In this document: piece by piece, positions 38,159 through 48,283 of the stretch
Layout: each line of letters opens with the position of its first letter
Numbering within the stretch: position 1 is the stretch's first letter
Assembly (NCBI GenBank): GCA_030055575.1
Contig: JASFYL010000002.1
Location: forward strand, 1,780-65,779
Direction: 5' to 3'
From: Thermoproteota archaeon
Lineage (GTDB): Archaea > Thermoproteota > Methanomethylicia > Methanomethylicales > Methanomethylicaceae
DNA: 64,000 nt
Translations under genes and position numbers: made by a program
The notes under the pieces: generated by a model
The model's input: only the letters and a program-made list of their open reading frames with translations
Database searches by the model: none
What the model was told of the DNA's origin: nothing

Positions 38159-38913
38159 CCGAACCTCCCTGTTATGTATCTCTCAGTTATTGGGCTTTTT
38201 GGGGATTCGAAAAACTCCTTCGTGTTTCCGTATTCTATCAACTCACCCAAATACAAGAAAGCAGTCTTGTCTGAGATCCTAGCCGCCTGGCTGACATTGT
38301 GCGTAATAATGATCACAGTGATTTCAGACTTCAGCTTTCTTATGAGCTCCTCGATCTTGCTCGTTGAAGCCGGGTCGAGTGCAGAGGTGGGCTCATCCAT
38401 CAGGATGACCTCTGGCTCCATAGCTAGTGCCCTGGCTATGCAGAGGCGCTGCTGCTGCCCCCCTGAGAGGCTTGCTCCAGATCTCCTGAGATCGTCCTTC
38501 ACCTCCTCGTAAAGACCTACAGACTTGAGCGCCCGCTCGGCAATCCCCTCAAGATCCGCCTTCTTCTTTTCGCCGGAAAGCTTGATGCCCGCCACTACGT
38601 TGTCTGAGATGGACATATTCGGGAATGGGTTAGGTTTCTGGAATACCATCCCTATCTTCCGGCGCACCTCCATGGGATCCATCCCGTATATGTCAGCTCC
38701 ATCGAGCAGTACCTTTCCATCGACCCTGCCCCCTGGGTTTAGCTCGTGCATCCTATTGAGGCACCTTATGAATGTCGACTTGCCGCACCCGGATGGTCCG
38801 ACCAGCGCAGTTACCTCTCTCTCCTCGAATGCGATCGATATTCCCTTGAGGACCTGCTTCCTTCCGAACCAGGCGCTAAGCGCCTTAGTCTCCAATTTTG
38901 TCGTCATCTTCAC
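38155..38913 (-). CDS. pstB: Phosphate ABC transporter ATP-binding protein
   Basis: GPSGCGKST, LSGGQQQRLCIARA, and the characteristic PstB N-terminal region. Confidence 0.95.
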   Translation of the reverse strand: MKMTTKLETKALSAWFGRKQVLKGISIAFEEREVTALVGPSGCGKSTFIRCLNRMHELNPGGRVDGKVLLDGADIYGMDPMEVRRKIGMVFQKPNPFPNMSISDNVVAGIKLSGEKKKADLEGIAERALKSVGLYEEVKDDLRRSGASLSGGQQQRLCIARALAMEPEVILMDEPTSALDPASTSKIEELIRKLKSEITVIIITHNVSQAARISDKTAFLYLGELIEYGNTKEFFESPKSPITERYITGRFG

Positions 38914-39752
38914 ACACCCACATATTTCTGCTTACCAAGCACCCTGACCACGAGATTTATGACTAGCACTATCAGGACTAGCAACAGAGATGCCCCCCAT
39001 GCTTTTGAGACCCAGTCTGCGAAGCCGCTGATCGCGTAGTTGTAAATGAGGACCTGGAGGGTGGCGATGGGCTGGTCTATGCCAGTTGGCCAGTAGAAGC
39101 TGAAGAGGGAGGTGAATAGCAAGGGAGCGGTCTCCCCGCTAATCCTAGCAAAAGCTAAAAGTGATCCTGAGATAACGCCGCTCTTTGCCATACTTAGGAC
39201 GACTCTTATAGCTACGTTGTACTTGGGAATGCCCAGAGCTATAGCCGCCTCCCTTAGGTCATTCGAGACAACCCTCATGGACTCTTCGGTCGCCTTAGCC
39301 ACCAAAGGTATCATCATCAGCCCTAACGCGAGCGTTGCGGCGATCCCGGTATAGTGCCTTACAGTCATGACGATTAGCGTGAATGCAAACAACCCGATTA
39401 CTATGGAGGGGACACCTGATAGCGACTCAACCACGATCCTAACCAGGGATCCTAGCCTGCCTTTCGAGGAATATTCCGACAGGTATATGCCCGTAAGGAT
39501 TCCAACCGGTATCCCAAAGATACTGGCAGAGCAGTTGATCAAGAGCGTTCCCAAAATAGCATTCCCTATTCCACCGCCTGAGGATCCAAATGGGGCGGGC
39601 AGGGAGGTGAGGAACTCTAGGCTTATCGCCGAGAAACCGTTCCAAATGATGCTGCCAACTATCCAGAAAAGAGGGACAATGGCAACACCGGTGAGTAAGA
39701 CCAGGACAGACAGTATGAGCCTCTCCTTTGTACGCCTGCCGAATATCCTCAT
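38910..39752 (-). CDS. pstA: Phosphate ABC transporter permease PstA
   Basis: 280-aa permease in the operon position after pstC. 4-nt overlaps with neighbours. Confidence 0.9.
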   Translation of the reverse strand: MRIFGRRTKERLILSVLVLLTGVAIVPLFWIVGSIIWNGFSAISLEFLTSLPAPFGSSGGGIGNAILGTLLINCSASIFGIPVGILTGIYLSEYSSKGRLGSLVRIVVESLSGVPSIVIGLFAFTLIVMTVRHYTGIAATLALGLMMIPLVAKATEESMRVVSNDLREAAIALGIPKYNVAIRVVLSMAKSGVISGSLLAFARISGETAPLLFTSLFSFYWPTGIDQPIATLQVLIYNYAISGFADWVSKAWGASLLLVLIVLVINLVVRVLGKQKYVGV

Positions 39753-40687
39753 GTGCCATACCTCCGCTGTGAGTAGCGCGAAACTATCAACCTAGCCAAT
39801 GAGTTGACTGATAGCGTGATCATGAGCAGGAGAAAGCCCAGCTCAATAAGCGATGAGACGTGGAATGGGTCTATCGCCTCGTAAAGTTCGCTTGCTATTT
39901 TACTTGTAAGAGTCGAAGCGGGCGAGAAGATCGAAATGGAAGAGAAGGGCCACATGAAGCTGTTACCGATCACCATAGTGACAGCCATGGTCTCACCCAG
40001 AGCCCTCCCCAAGGCCAACATCACGGCTGCGAATATGCCCAGTTTTGAGAAAGGCAACGCCACGTGCCTCACGACTTCCCAGCGGGTAGCCCCGAGCGAT
40101 ATCATTGCCTCCCTCAACTCTACGGGCGTGGACGAAAGGAGCGAGATCGATATGGACGTGATGATCGGGACGATCATGAATGTGAGGATCACGGAAGCGA
40201 GCAAGAGGCTCAACCCATATGCTGGTCCAGAGAAGATTGGTATGAAGCCTAGCGAACCCGAGATCGGCTCCTGGACGAAGGTCTTCATTAAAGGGGCCAC
40301 GATCCAAAGGCCCCATATGCCGAATATTACGCTCGGGATTGTCGCCAGCATGTCGATAACTACCGACAAACCTGTTCTAATCTGACTAGGAGCGTACTCT
40401 GTGAAGAAAACTGCAATCGCCAGGCTGATAGGGACTGCGAAGAGGATTGCTATGGACGAGGAGACCAGCGTGCCTATTATCGCAGGTGCCGCCCCAAATA
40501 TCCCGGCTTCAACATCCCAAGTGCTCCCGAATATCATCAAGGGATCCCTAGCCATTGCTGGAAAGGACCTAATAAGCAGCATACCAAATATCATTATAAA
40601 GAAGAATACAACTACCAAAGAACTCGCAAGAAATAAGTATTTAAAAATAGATTCTTTATTAAAAAAATTTGGTTTTTTGTTCATCAA
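39749..40687 (-). CDS. pstC: Phosphate ABC transporter permease PstC
   Basis: 312-aa permease in the operon position after pstS. Confidence 0.9.
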   Translation of the reverse strand: MMNKKPNFFNKESIFKYLFLASSLVVVFFFIMIFGMLLIRSFPAMARDPLMIFGSTWDVEAGIFGAAPAIIGTLVSSSIAILFAVPISLAIAVFFTEYAPSQIRTGLSVVIDMLATIPSVIFGIWGLWIVAPLMKTFVQEPISGSLGFIPIFSGPAYGLSLLLASVILTFMIVPIITSISISLLSSTPVELREAMISLGATRWEVVRHVALPFSKLGIFAAVMLALGRALGETMAVTMVIGNSFMWPFSSISIFSPASTLTSKIASELYEAIDPFHVSSLIELGFLLLMITLSVNSLARLIVSRYSQRRYGT

Positions 40688-40698
40688 GAAATATCAAC

Positions 40699-41781
40699 TC
40701 ACAGCAAGGGTCTCCCGTTGTACGTAAGTTGCCTGAGGTTCTGCTCGGCTATCGTGACTATGCTGCTCGGTAGTCTAGGGTAGAGCAATTCCTCCGAGTA
40801 TTTCTGACCGTCGTGCACAATCCACCAGAGGAAATTAGCCACGGCTTTTGCCTTGGCCTCGTCCATGTACGACAGATCCTTGTAGACAAGGATGTATGTA
40901 AATATCGAGATAGGGTAGACATCATCTCCAGGCATATTTACTACTGATGCCCTAATGTCAGAAGCAAGCAATGGAGCTGCGGCGCCTAGTGCCGCCGAGA
41001 TCGAAGAGAGCGTTGGTTCTACGAATTTGCCTGCCCTGTTCATGACCTTAGCGTATGGTATAGAGTTGTTCTTAGCGTAGAAGAACTCCAGATAACCGAC
41101 ACCTCCAGGGGTCTGTTGCAGAGTGCTCGCGACACCGCTGTTACCTGATGCACCGAGTCCTACAGGCCAGTTAACAGTTGTCCCTGAGCCGAGTACCCAC
41201 AGAGTGCTAGCATTCTTCAGGTAGGAAGTGAACCCGTTCGTAGTACCGCTCGAGTCAGACCTCCTGACAACCACGATGTCGAGATCAGGCAGTGCCAAAG
41301 CAGGGTTCACTGCAGCGATCTCAGGGTGGTTCCACTTTGTTATGTTTCCCTGGAAGATCTTTGCGATTAGGTCTGCGGTGAGGTTCATCCCTGTTCCGAT
41401 GCCTGGGATGTTGTATGCGACGACTATACCACCTCCCGTCTCTGGGATGTGGAGGATACCGGGATTCTCGGCAATCTGCGAGTCCTTCAAGGGTGCGTCA
41501 GATCCAGCGAAGTCGAATGTCTTTGCGAAGAGCCCGTTCTGTCCAGCCCCGCTGCCAACCGACTGGTATGTGATTTGAACGACCGGATGAAGCTTATTGT
41601 ACTCCGAAGCCCACTTCGATATCAACGGGTATGGGAATGAAGCCCCTCCGGCAGTAATTGTAGCGGGTTGTTCCGAGCCCATGAATTGGGTATAGTAAAC
41701 CACCACAGCTGCAGCGAGCACCAGAACCAAGATGCCTGCTACCAAGAGTTTAGACAAACCCTTCCTGTCATTGCTTAACAC
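40699..41781 (-). CDS. pstS: Phosphate ABC transporter substrate-binding protein
   Basis: GASFPYPL and GSGAG motifs of PstS. Start moved to the in-frame GTG at 41781, because the upstream 27 codons are an AT-rich TATA-like sequence. Confidence 0.85.
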   Translation of the reverse strand: MLSNDRKGLSKLLVAGILVLVLAAAVVVYYTQFMGSEQPATITAGGASFPYPLISKWASEYNKLHPVVQITYQSVGSGAGQNGLFAKTFDFAGSDAPLKDSQIAENPGILHIPETGGGIVVAYNIPGIGTGMNLTADLIAKIFQGNITKWNHPEIAAVNPALALPDLDIVVVRRSDSSGTTNGFTSYLKNASTLWVLGSGTTVNWPVGLGASGNSGVASTLQQTPGGVGYLEFFYAKNNSIPYAKVMNRAGKFVEPTLSSISAALGAAAPLLASDIRASVVNMPGDDVYPISIFTYILVYKDLSYMDEAKAKAVANFLWWIVHDGQKYSEELLYPRLPSSIVTIAEQNLRQLTYNGRPLL

Positions 41782-42044
41782 ATTTATCTCCCAGCACTCT
41801 GGAAGCAAACCTATGGATATAAACAAAACCCATATTTTATATATCTTAATATTAATAGGCAATAGTTATCACATTAGTATATAAAGTATATTCTTGGTAT
41901 CCGTGAATAAATAGGCACATATCCTTGCCCAGCATTGGTAAAAATTCATTTGTAAAACAAAAATACAAATCTTTATAAATAATATATCAAAATATATGTA
42001 GCTGCCATAAGTATATACATATCAATTACACGGGTGAAGGGAAG

Positions 42045-43070
42045 GTGGGTGTGCGGAGAGTCCAGAAAGTCGGAAAGTCGACATATACTGTATCGCTCCC
42101 GCACGAGTGGGTCAAGCAAAACAGGATAGCCCCGAAAACTGAGGTAAGCATCGTAACGCTCCCAAACGGCAGCCTCAAGATCTCTACTGTTGACAACCAA
42201 AGAGATGAAAAGACGAAAGAGTTGACAATAGAGGCGAAAGAGCCAGATGCGGGAGACATCATCAGGAGGACCCTTGCCGCATACATAGCGAATTATGATG
42301 TTATCAAGATCGACTTCTCCAAGGTAGGATTCGACTCCCAAGCCAGGGATAAGATAAGAAAGATGATCAAGTTCAAAATGGCCGGTGGAGAGATCATTGA
42401 GGAAACTTCTAACTACATGACCGTCCAAGTCCTCTTGAAGCCACACGAATTCCCGCTCGACAGGCTGCTCCTCCGTATGGCGGTCATGGCAAGGGACATG
42501 ATCTCAGACATACTCAAGGCGGAAAAGTCGAGCGACAAAGAATTCGGCAGGAGCCTACTCCTCGATGTCGTTGGAAGGGATGATGATGTAGACAAAATGT
42601 ACTTCATGGCTACGAGGTGGCTCTCTAGCATAATGGAAGACCAGAGCCTTGCACAGAATCTTAACGCAAACGATTTCAGGAAAGCGCTCGATTACAGGCT
42701 GGCGTTCAGGAACACCGAGAGGGTAGCCGACCACATCGTAAGAATAGCCTCGAGGCTCCTTGAAGGAGCGTCAGGAACTCCAGCAATCTGGGAGATGCTC
42801 CTGAAACAGCTAGCAGACTCGGCCGAGATATTCGTCCGGGCAATCAATGCCTTCAATAACGGGAGCATTCAAGAGGCCAATAGGGTAGTACATGAGGCCA
42901 GGAAGGTCGTGGCTAAGGAAGAGGATGCCATAAAACAAGTAGTGAGCGGCGGCTATCCTGCCAAAACAGTTGCCTCCGCGATTTTGATCATAGAAAGCAT
43001 AAAAAGGATCTCAGAATACGGGATCGGGATATCGGAACTCACTTTCAACAAGTGCATAGAAATATGCTAA
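42045..43070 (+). CDS. Phosphate uptake regulator: AbrB/SpoVT-type DNA-binding domain fused to PhoU repeats
   Basis: N-terminus VRRVQKVGKSTYTVSLPHEWVKQNRI (swapped-hairpin AbrB/MazE-like) followed by two PhoU-like helical repeats. Divergent from pstS. Confidence 0.8.
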   Translation: MGVRRVQKVGKSTYTVSLPHEWVKQNRIAPKTEVSIVTLPNGSLKISTVDNQRDEKTKELTIEAKEPDAGDIIRRTLAAYIANYDVIKIDFSKVGFDSQARDKIRKMIKFKMAGGEIIEETSNYMTVQVLLKPHEFPLDRLLLRMAVMARDMISDILKAEKSSDKEFGRSLLLDVVGRDDDVDKMYFMATRWLSSIMEDQSLAQNLNANDFRKALDYRLAFRNTERVADHIVRIASRLLEGASGTPAIWEMLLKQLADSAEIFVRAINAFNNGSIQEANRVVHEARKVVAKEEDAIKQVVSGGYPAKTVASAILIIESIKRISEYGIGISELTFNKCIEIC

Positions 43071-43495
43071 AACCGTCATTAATGTCAACAGAACGAGGAG
43101 GTTTGTATCACCCTTTACCATGGAATCATCATAGGCGATCCTTGCGGAACTTCAAGCGGAGCTCGGCTTACGTATATCTGCACTCGCCTTTACTAGGCGA
43201 CTGGTAAGGAGGGACGGTGCACCGGCGGAAACATGCCTATGCGGTGAGGCGAAAGGTCAGCGGTGCATCGGACTGTTCTTTTAAGCTTCGTTTTAAAATC
43301 CCGTTGAGGTTTGGAATATCAGTGAATAGCGGTGAGTTCATCAGGGCCCTTGATCCTTGTTAAGTCAATTCCATGACTCGTGGCGAAATTTCTTTGTCGG
43401 TATCCAGCATGATGCCCAAAGAACGTCCCTTGGCGCATCCTACGAGATCATTGTTCAATCAGGGTGTATGAGTTCAGCCAAGTGGGCTCTGCCTC

Positions 43496-44695
43496 CTATC
43501 CTTTGTGGTTGAAGTCGCCTTTTCTGGAGTCTTCGAAAAATTTCTCGAGTCGATCCATCGCCACCTCAAGCTTTTCGATAGGCAGGGTATAAGCAAGCCT
43601 GAGGTGCCCCCTACCAGCAGAACCGAATGTCGAACCCGGGACAACCGCTACCTGCGCCTCTGTGAGGAGCCTCTCGGACAATGCCAAATCGTCCCCCCCA
43701 ACCGATGGGAAGATGTAGAAAGCTCCGCCAGGCTTTGCGACCTGGATATTCGGCATCCTTTTCAGCCTCCCATATATGAAGTCCCTACGACGCCTGTATT
43801 CACACCGCATGGCTTCGGTCGACTGCTTGCTCCTCGGGTCTGAGAGAGCCAATGCAGCCGCATACTGTGCGAAGGAGGTCGGGCAAGCTGAAAGGTACAT
43901 CTGGAACTTTACCATCTTAGATATGAATGGTGCTGGTCCAGCGGCGTATCCGATGCGCCATCCAGTCATGGCGTAAGTCTTGGAAAAGCTGTTCACAGTT
44001 ATGACGCTGCCCGATGCCCCATTTATCGAAGCAGGGCTTACGTGGCGAGTATCGTCGTAGACCAGCGACTCATATACCTCGTCTGAGATTATCAGTAATC
44101 CGTGACTGAGGGCGACATCCACTATGGACCTGATCTCTTTATCGCTCAATACAGCGCCTGTGGGATTATTGGGCGAATTTATGACCACTGCCCTGGTCCT
44201 TGGCGTGATGTACCGCTCCAAGTCCTCTCCACTGAACCTGAAGCCCCCTTCAGACGAAAGTGGAATCTCTACAGGAATCCCTCCTGCCAACCTCACAGTA
44301 GCGCTGTAAGTGACGAAGTGGGGAGATGGGATCAGGACCTCCTCCCCATGATCGAGGAAAGACGACCAGACCAAGAGAAATGCTTGGTTGCCGCCGGTAG
44401 TGACTATGATTTCATCTTCCGGGTCTGCTTGGACAGAGTTTTCCTCCTTCAGCTTCCTCGAGATAGCCTCTCGCAGTTCCTTGAGACCGCTGTTCGGCGT
44501 GTAGTGGGTGACACCCCGGTCGAGCGCCTCCCTTGCATAACTCTTGATGTGTTCAGGGGTGTCAAAGTCAGGTTCCCCGATACCGAGAGAGATCACGTTG
44601 TGAGACCTGCTGGCCAGGTCGAATAGTCTTCTAATCCCCGAGGGGGGTATTTCGTTGAGGCGTTCGTGCAGAGACACAAAAATCACGACAAACAT
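43496..44695 (-). CDS. Aspartate/aromatic aminotransferase, class I
   Basis: IPPSGIRR N-terminal motif, SFSKTYAMTGWRIGY lysine region, GRGHLRLAY. Confidence 0.85.
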   Translation of the reverse strand: MFVVIFVSLHERLNEIPPSGIRRLFDLASRSHNVISLGIGEPDFDTPEHIKSYAREALDRGVTHYTPNSGLKELREAISRKLKEENSVQADPEDEIIVTTGGNQAFLLVWSSFLDHGEEVLIPSPHFVTYSATVRLAGGIPVEIPLSSEGGFRFSGEDLERYITPRTRAVVINSPNNPTGAVLSDKEIRSIVDVALSHGLLIISDEVYESLVYDDTRHVSPASINGASGSVITVNSFSKTYAMTGWRIGYAAGPAPFISKMVKFQMYLSACPTSFAQYAAALALSDPRSKQSTEAMRCEYRRRRDFIYGRLKRMPNIQVAKPGGAFYIFPSVGGDDLALSERLLTEAQVAVVPGSTFGSAGRGHLRLAYTLPIEKLEVAMDRLEKFFEDSRKGDFNHKG

Positions 44696-44895
44696 GTAGA
44701 GGTACAGGTGCTTAAAAGAATAACCACAGAAGAAACACCATGCATAATCATGAGATAAGCTTTCAAGCTCATCGGTATAAACAATATAAATGTACGTAGG
44801 GGAAAGGCGCTCAGCTCGTTTATCTATGAATAGATTTCCTAATCACGGCATTCCAACTCCCCTAACCTAATTGCGGGCGCTTGCTCAGGCAGTGT

Positions 44896-46065
44896 TTATG
44901 TTGCCTGGAAGAGATACTCCCCGGACGTGTCCTTGATCAGGACAGCATTCCTCCCGTTTGACCTCTCGCACCTCCCGATCACCTGTACCCCTACACCAAA
45001 TCTCTCGCATGAACCGATGACCGCTTCTACGTCCTCCTTCCTCACGATGACCTCCATACCGACGCCCATGTTATAGTTCCTGTACATCTCCCTTTTCGAT
45101 TCCCCGCTAGCCAGACCTATGAGGTGGAAGATCGGGTCAGGTTCAGGCAGCGCATCCTTTATGTAGAGGATGTTCCTACCAAGGCGAAGGGACTTTGTGA
45201 GGCCTCCACCGGTATTGTGTACGAGGGCCTTTACGCTCACCTGCTTTAGTATGTCCAGGATAATCGGAAGGAATATCCTCGTCGGGCTCAATATTGCCTC
45301 ACCTACAGTTTGCCCGAGTTCGGGCAAAAAGTCGTCTACCCGGAACTTGCCGTAATACCCGCCTTCGAGGTCATGTCCTACTTCAGGGTATTTTCTTAGG
45401 TGCTCCCTGCTCAGCAGGGCGTGCCTGGCTAGCGAGATCCCGTTGCACATCATCCCGCTGTTCTCTTTCTCCTCGTACCTGCATCTCCCGCCGCTCCTAA
45501 TCCCGACTATCGCATCCCCTGGCGCGATGGAACTTCCAGTGATCACCCTTCTTAACTGAACCCTACCAAATACAGTGCCTGAAACATCGATAGTCCTTAT
45601 GATGTCTGGGAGATCCGCGGTCTCCCCTCCGCAGAACAGCACGCCGCAACCTAGATCCTTCAGTAATTGGAATACCTTGGAGAAACCAGACCCCAGCGCG
45701 GAAAGCAAGAGCTCCCTCTCTAGAAGCCTTGTGTTGAAGGCCACATAGTCAGAGAACGCCTCTGGGGTGCCTCCTACGCAGGCAATATCGTCCAGGTTCA
45801 TAGCGATTATGTCCTGCGCTAGACCCGAGAACCAAGAATAATCCCCAGTCTCCTTGCAGTATATGTAAGAGACTATCGGCTTCGTCCCAGCACCATCCGC
45901 GTGGAGTATCAGACCGGATTCCGGATCACGCGGATCCTTGACTACGCTGCAAAATGCCTCAGGGTAGAGGTCGTCGGTCACCCGCTTTAGTGACTCTATC
46001 CCTCTCTTCTCGACATCGACTCCCAATTCAGAGTACCTGGATCTGGTCAAGGCATTACCAACCAC
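44896..46065 (-). CDS. purM: Phosphoribosylformylglycinamidine cyclo-ligase (AIR synthase), archaeal type
   Basis: YSELGVDVEKRG N-terminal region and LHADGAGTK motif. PurM-like two-domain size. GTG start. Confidence 0.75.
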   Translation of the reverse strand: MVGNALTRSRYSELGVDVEKRGIESLKRVTDDLYPEAFCSVVKDPRDPESGLILHADGAGTKPIVSYIYCKETGDYSWFSGLAQDIIAMNLDDIACVGGTPEAFSDYVAFNTRLLERELLLSALGSGFSKVFQLLKDLGCGVLFCGGETADLPDIIRTIDVSGTVFGRVQLRRVITGSSIAPGDAIVGIRSGGRCRYEEKENSGMMCNGISLARHALLSREHLRKYPEVGHDLEGGYYGKFRVDDFLPELGQTVGEAILSPTRIFLPIILDILKQVSVKALVHNTGGGLTKSLRLGRNILYIKDALPEPDPIFHLIGLASGESKREMYRNYNMGVGMEVIVRKEDVEAVIGSCERFGVGVQVIGRCERSNGRNAVLIKDTSGEYLFQAT

Positions 46066-46159
46066 ACACTTCTTGACTATCCCATCTTGATAAACATTCT
46101 CAAGGGAAAAACCCTATTTTTTTATAGTACGAGGGCGCAATACACCCCAGTGGAGTCCG

Positions 46160-46432
46160 ATGAGCGAGGAACTTAAGCGTCAAATCGAGGAACTCGTCTA
46201 CAGCTGGGTGAAGAAGCAGCTCGAGGACGGCAACTGCACAATGAACCTGAGGATTGAGGTTGACGCGCCCCTAGAACTCAAGGGGATGAGGGGGAGGGTA
46301 TGCGGAGAGATCCTCTTAGGGGGCACCCAAAGCGTAGCAGTGCCGCCAAAAGCAGATTCGGAAAGTAAAGCTCAATGCGGCGAGATGAGCCTCCAAGAGG
46401 TAGAAAAGCTTCTCAAATCGCTCGGCGTTTAG
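46160..46432 (+). CDS. Small hypothetical protein (90 aa)
   Basis: ATG start with GGAG 5 nt upstream. Acidic helical ends. No recognisable family. Confidence 0.45.
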   Translation: MSEELKRQIEELVYSWVKKQLEDGNCTMNLRIEVDAPLELKGMRGRVCGEILLGGTQSVAVPPKADSESKAQCGEMSLQEVEKLLKSLGV

Positions 46433-46541
46433 GTAAAAACTGATAGAGAACCTTGTCAATCGCTTCGTTGCCTGTAGACAAGACAAACAATAAAGATAAA
46501 AAAGAAGGATTATCAGGACGCATAGACACAGAACGGAACGG

Positions 46542-47081
46542 CTAGGGTTTTTTGATCCTGAAGACTAAGCTAAGGTTCGAGACATACTTGAACTCTGGCT
46601 TTATCCCAAGTGTGGATTCCAATGCTGACTCGATGTAGCTCCTGACAAATATGGACCACTTCTCTCCCATGTTGTGGGCAGCCCTTATCTCGATGTGCTC
46701 CTCGTTCTCGACCTCGTAGCATGTCGTCCAGTTTGCATACCCGCAGAGGAAGGTCAGGAAATACTGCTTGAACGAGCTGACCGACAGCTCTCCGAAGAGG
46801 AGGAGCATGATCTCCTTCGCCGTCGTCCCGCCCATCTTAGACCCGATCTTGACTATGGTCTCCTCGTCGAGCGCGTTTATCAGCTCGACGAGATCGCTCT
46901 TCGGCAGCGAGACGATCCCCATCTGCTCGACTTTTGCACCTACCCTCACGTATCTCCTCAGTATTCTGCAGGTCAGTCCGTTCACCGTAGCACCCTGCTT
47001 CTTAGCTTCCTCCTCTAGACCTCTCATTACGTCTGCATCCAGCCTGAAGGTTCGCGGTGCAGATGTAGTCTCTTCTGACAT
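46542..47081 (-). CDS. Putative ribbon-helix-helix (Arc/MetJ/CopG-like) DNA-binding protein with C-terminal domain of unknown function
   Basis: The N-terminal segment PRTFRLDADVMRGLEEEAKKQGATVNGLTCRILRRYV has a beta-helix-helix pattern. Start set at the internal ATG 47081, which is preceded by AAAGGGGAAAAG. Confidence 0.5.
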   Translation of the reverse strand: MSEETTSAPRTFRLDADVMRGLEEEAKKQGATVNGLTCRILRRYVRVGAKVEQMGIVSLPKSDLVELINALDEETIVKIGSKMGGTTAKEIMLLLFGELSVSSFKQYFLTFLCGYANWTTCYEVENEEHIEIRAAHNMGEKWSIFVRSYIESALESTLGIKPEFKYVSNLSLVFRIKKP

Positions 47082-47245
47082 GAACTTTTCCCCTTTGTAA
47101 CTGTTTGACCTTTGCGGGTTAAACAAGACCAGTACACTCCTCTCATTCCCTTTCACATGAGGGCGCCGAGAGCGCTTTTCGCTCCCTCAGCACCACGTCT
47201 GAGGCTGCAAGGGAGCACATCCCAAGCAGCCCTCATGGTATTTGC

Positions 47246-47713
47246 TTATTCCTTCTTTGAGGCCTTCTCGGCTAGTTTCAGTATGCCCTGGACGACTCCG
47301 TTTATTATGGCCTCAGGTTTGGGCGCACAACCCGGCACATAGACATCTACGGGAATCAAAAGGTCAGGAGAGCCTAGTATGGCATAGTTCTCGGGGGCAT
47401 CGTCATAAAAGAGGCTTCCCCCGCAGGCACAGCTACCGACAGCCACGACAACCTTCGGATCAGGCACCTGCTCGTATATCCTCTTCACCATAGGTATGAA
47501 CTGCTTCGGAACGCAGCCTGTGGTCAGCAGTATGTCCGCGTGCCTGGGCGATGGGACTAGCTGTATCCCAAATCGTTCGACATCGAACCTCGGCGCTAGT
47601 GCTGCCAAGGTCTCGATGTCACAGCCGTTGCATCCCCCACAATGAAGGTGGTAAAGCCATGGCGAGTATATTCTAGCCTTGTCGATGATCCCCATCATGC
47701 TCCCTCCAGCCAT
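47246..47713 (-). CDS. Group-4 [NiFe] hydrogenase small subunit (HycG/EchC/NuoB-like)
   Basis: Proximal-cluster Cys motifs HCGGCNGCDIE, GSCACGG, YVPGCAPKPE. Last gene of the operon. Confidence 0.85.
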   Translation of the reverse strand: MAGGSMMGIIDKARIYSPWLYHLHCGGCNGCDIETLAALAPRFDVERFGIQLVPSPRHADILLTTGCVPKQFIPMVKRIYEQVPDPKVVVAVGSCACGGSLFYDDAPENYAILGSPDLLIPVDVYVPGCAPKPEAIINGVVQGILKLAEKASKKE

Positions 47714-48282
47714 ACATGCTTCTTAGTATGAGTGTCAAAGCCAACGCCGTTAGCCCTCCTGCAGTCCGGGCAATACCCGTCCACCTTCTTGAAATCACTT
47801 GACACAGTCTCCTTCACCTTCTGGTCGATCTTCTCCATCAGCCGCTCGTAAGCCCGGTCAACGAACTTCTTAGATGCGTACGGCGTACCACAGATCTTGC
47901 ATTTGAGGAGATCCAACTCAGTCACAACACGGGCACTGGGATCCTCGCGCTTTGCAACTGCAATCTCAAACTTGTCGGTCATCTTGATCGCCTCCTCTGG
48001 GCAGGCTTCCTGGCAGTGAGCGCAGAAGGTGCACCTGAAGAGGAAGATCTCAACCTTCCTCTTCGCGTCGCTGTCGTATATGCTTGTGGCCCTCCCAGAG
48101 CAGACGAAGTAACAGGCACGGCACCCTATGCACTTGTCGTTGTCGCGTTCAGGTATCCCCCTCAGACCCGCCGGTATCTGGCTGTACTTCCTGTCTGGCG
48201 ACACCGCCGACGGATAGTTCAGCGTCATTGGCTTGCTGTAGTTTGAGAGGACTTGTTTCAGTATCTTTATCTCAGTAGACAT
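47695..48282 (-). CDS. Group-4 hydrogenase 2x[4Fe-4S] subunit (HycF/NuoI-like)
   Basis: CIGCRACYFVC and CTFCAHCQEACP, plus a C-terminal CKIC...CPDC pair as in E. coli HycF. Confidence 0.8.
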   Translation of the reverse strand: MSTEIKILKQVLSNYSKPMTLNYPSAVSPDRKYSQIPAGLRGIPERDNDKCIGCRACYFVCSGRATSIYDSDAKRKVEIFLFRCTFCAHCQEACPEEAIKMTDKFEIAVAKREDPSARVVTELDLLKCKICGTPYASKKFVDRAYERLMEKIDQKVKETVSSDFKKVDGYCPDCRRANGVGFDTHTKKHVWLEGA

Positions 48283-48283
48283 T

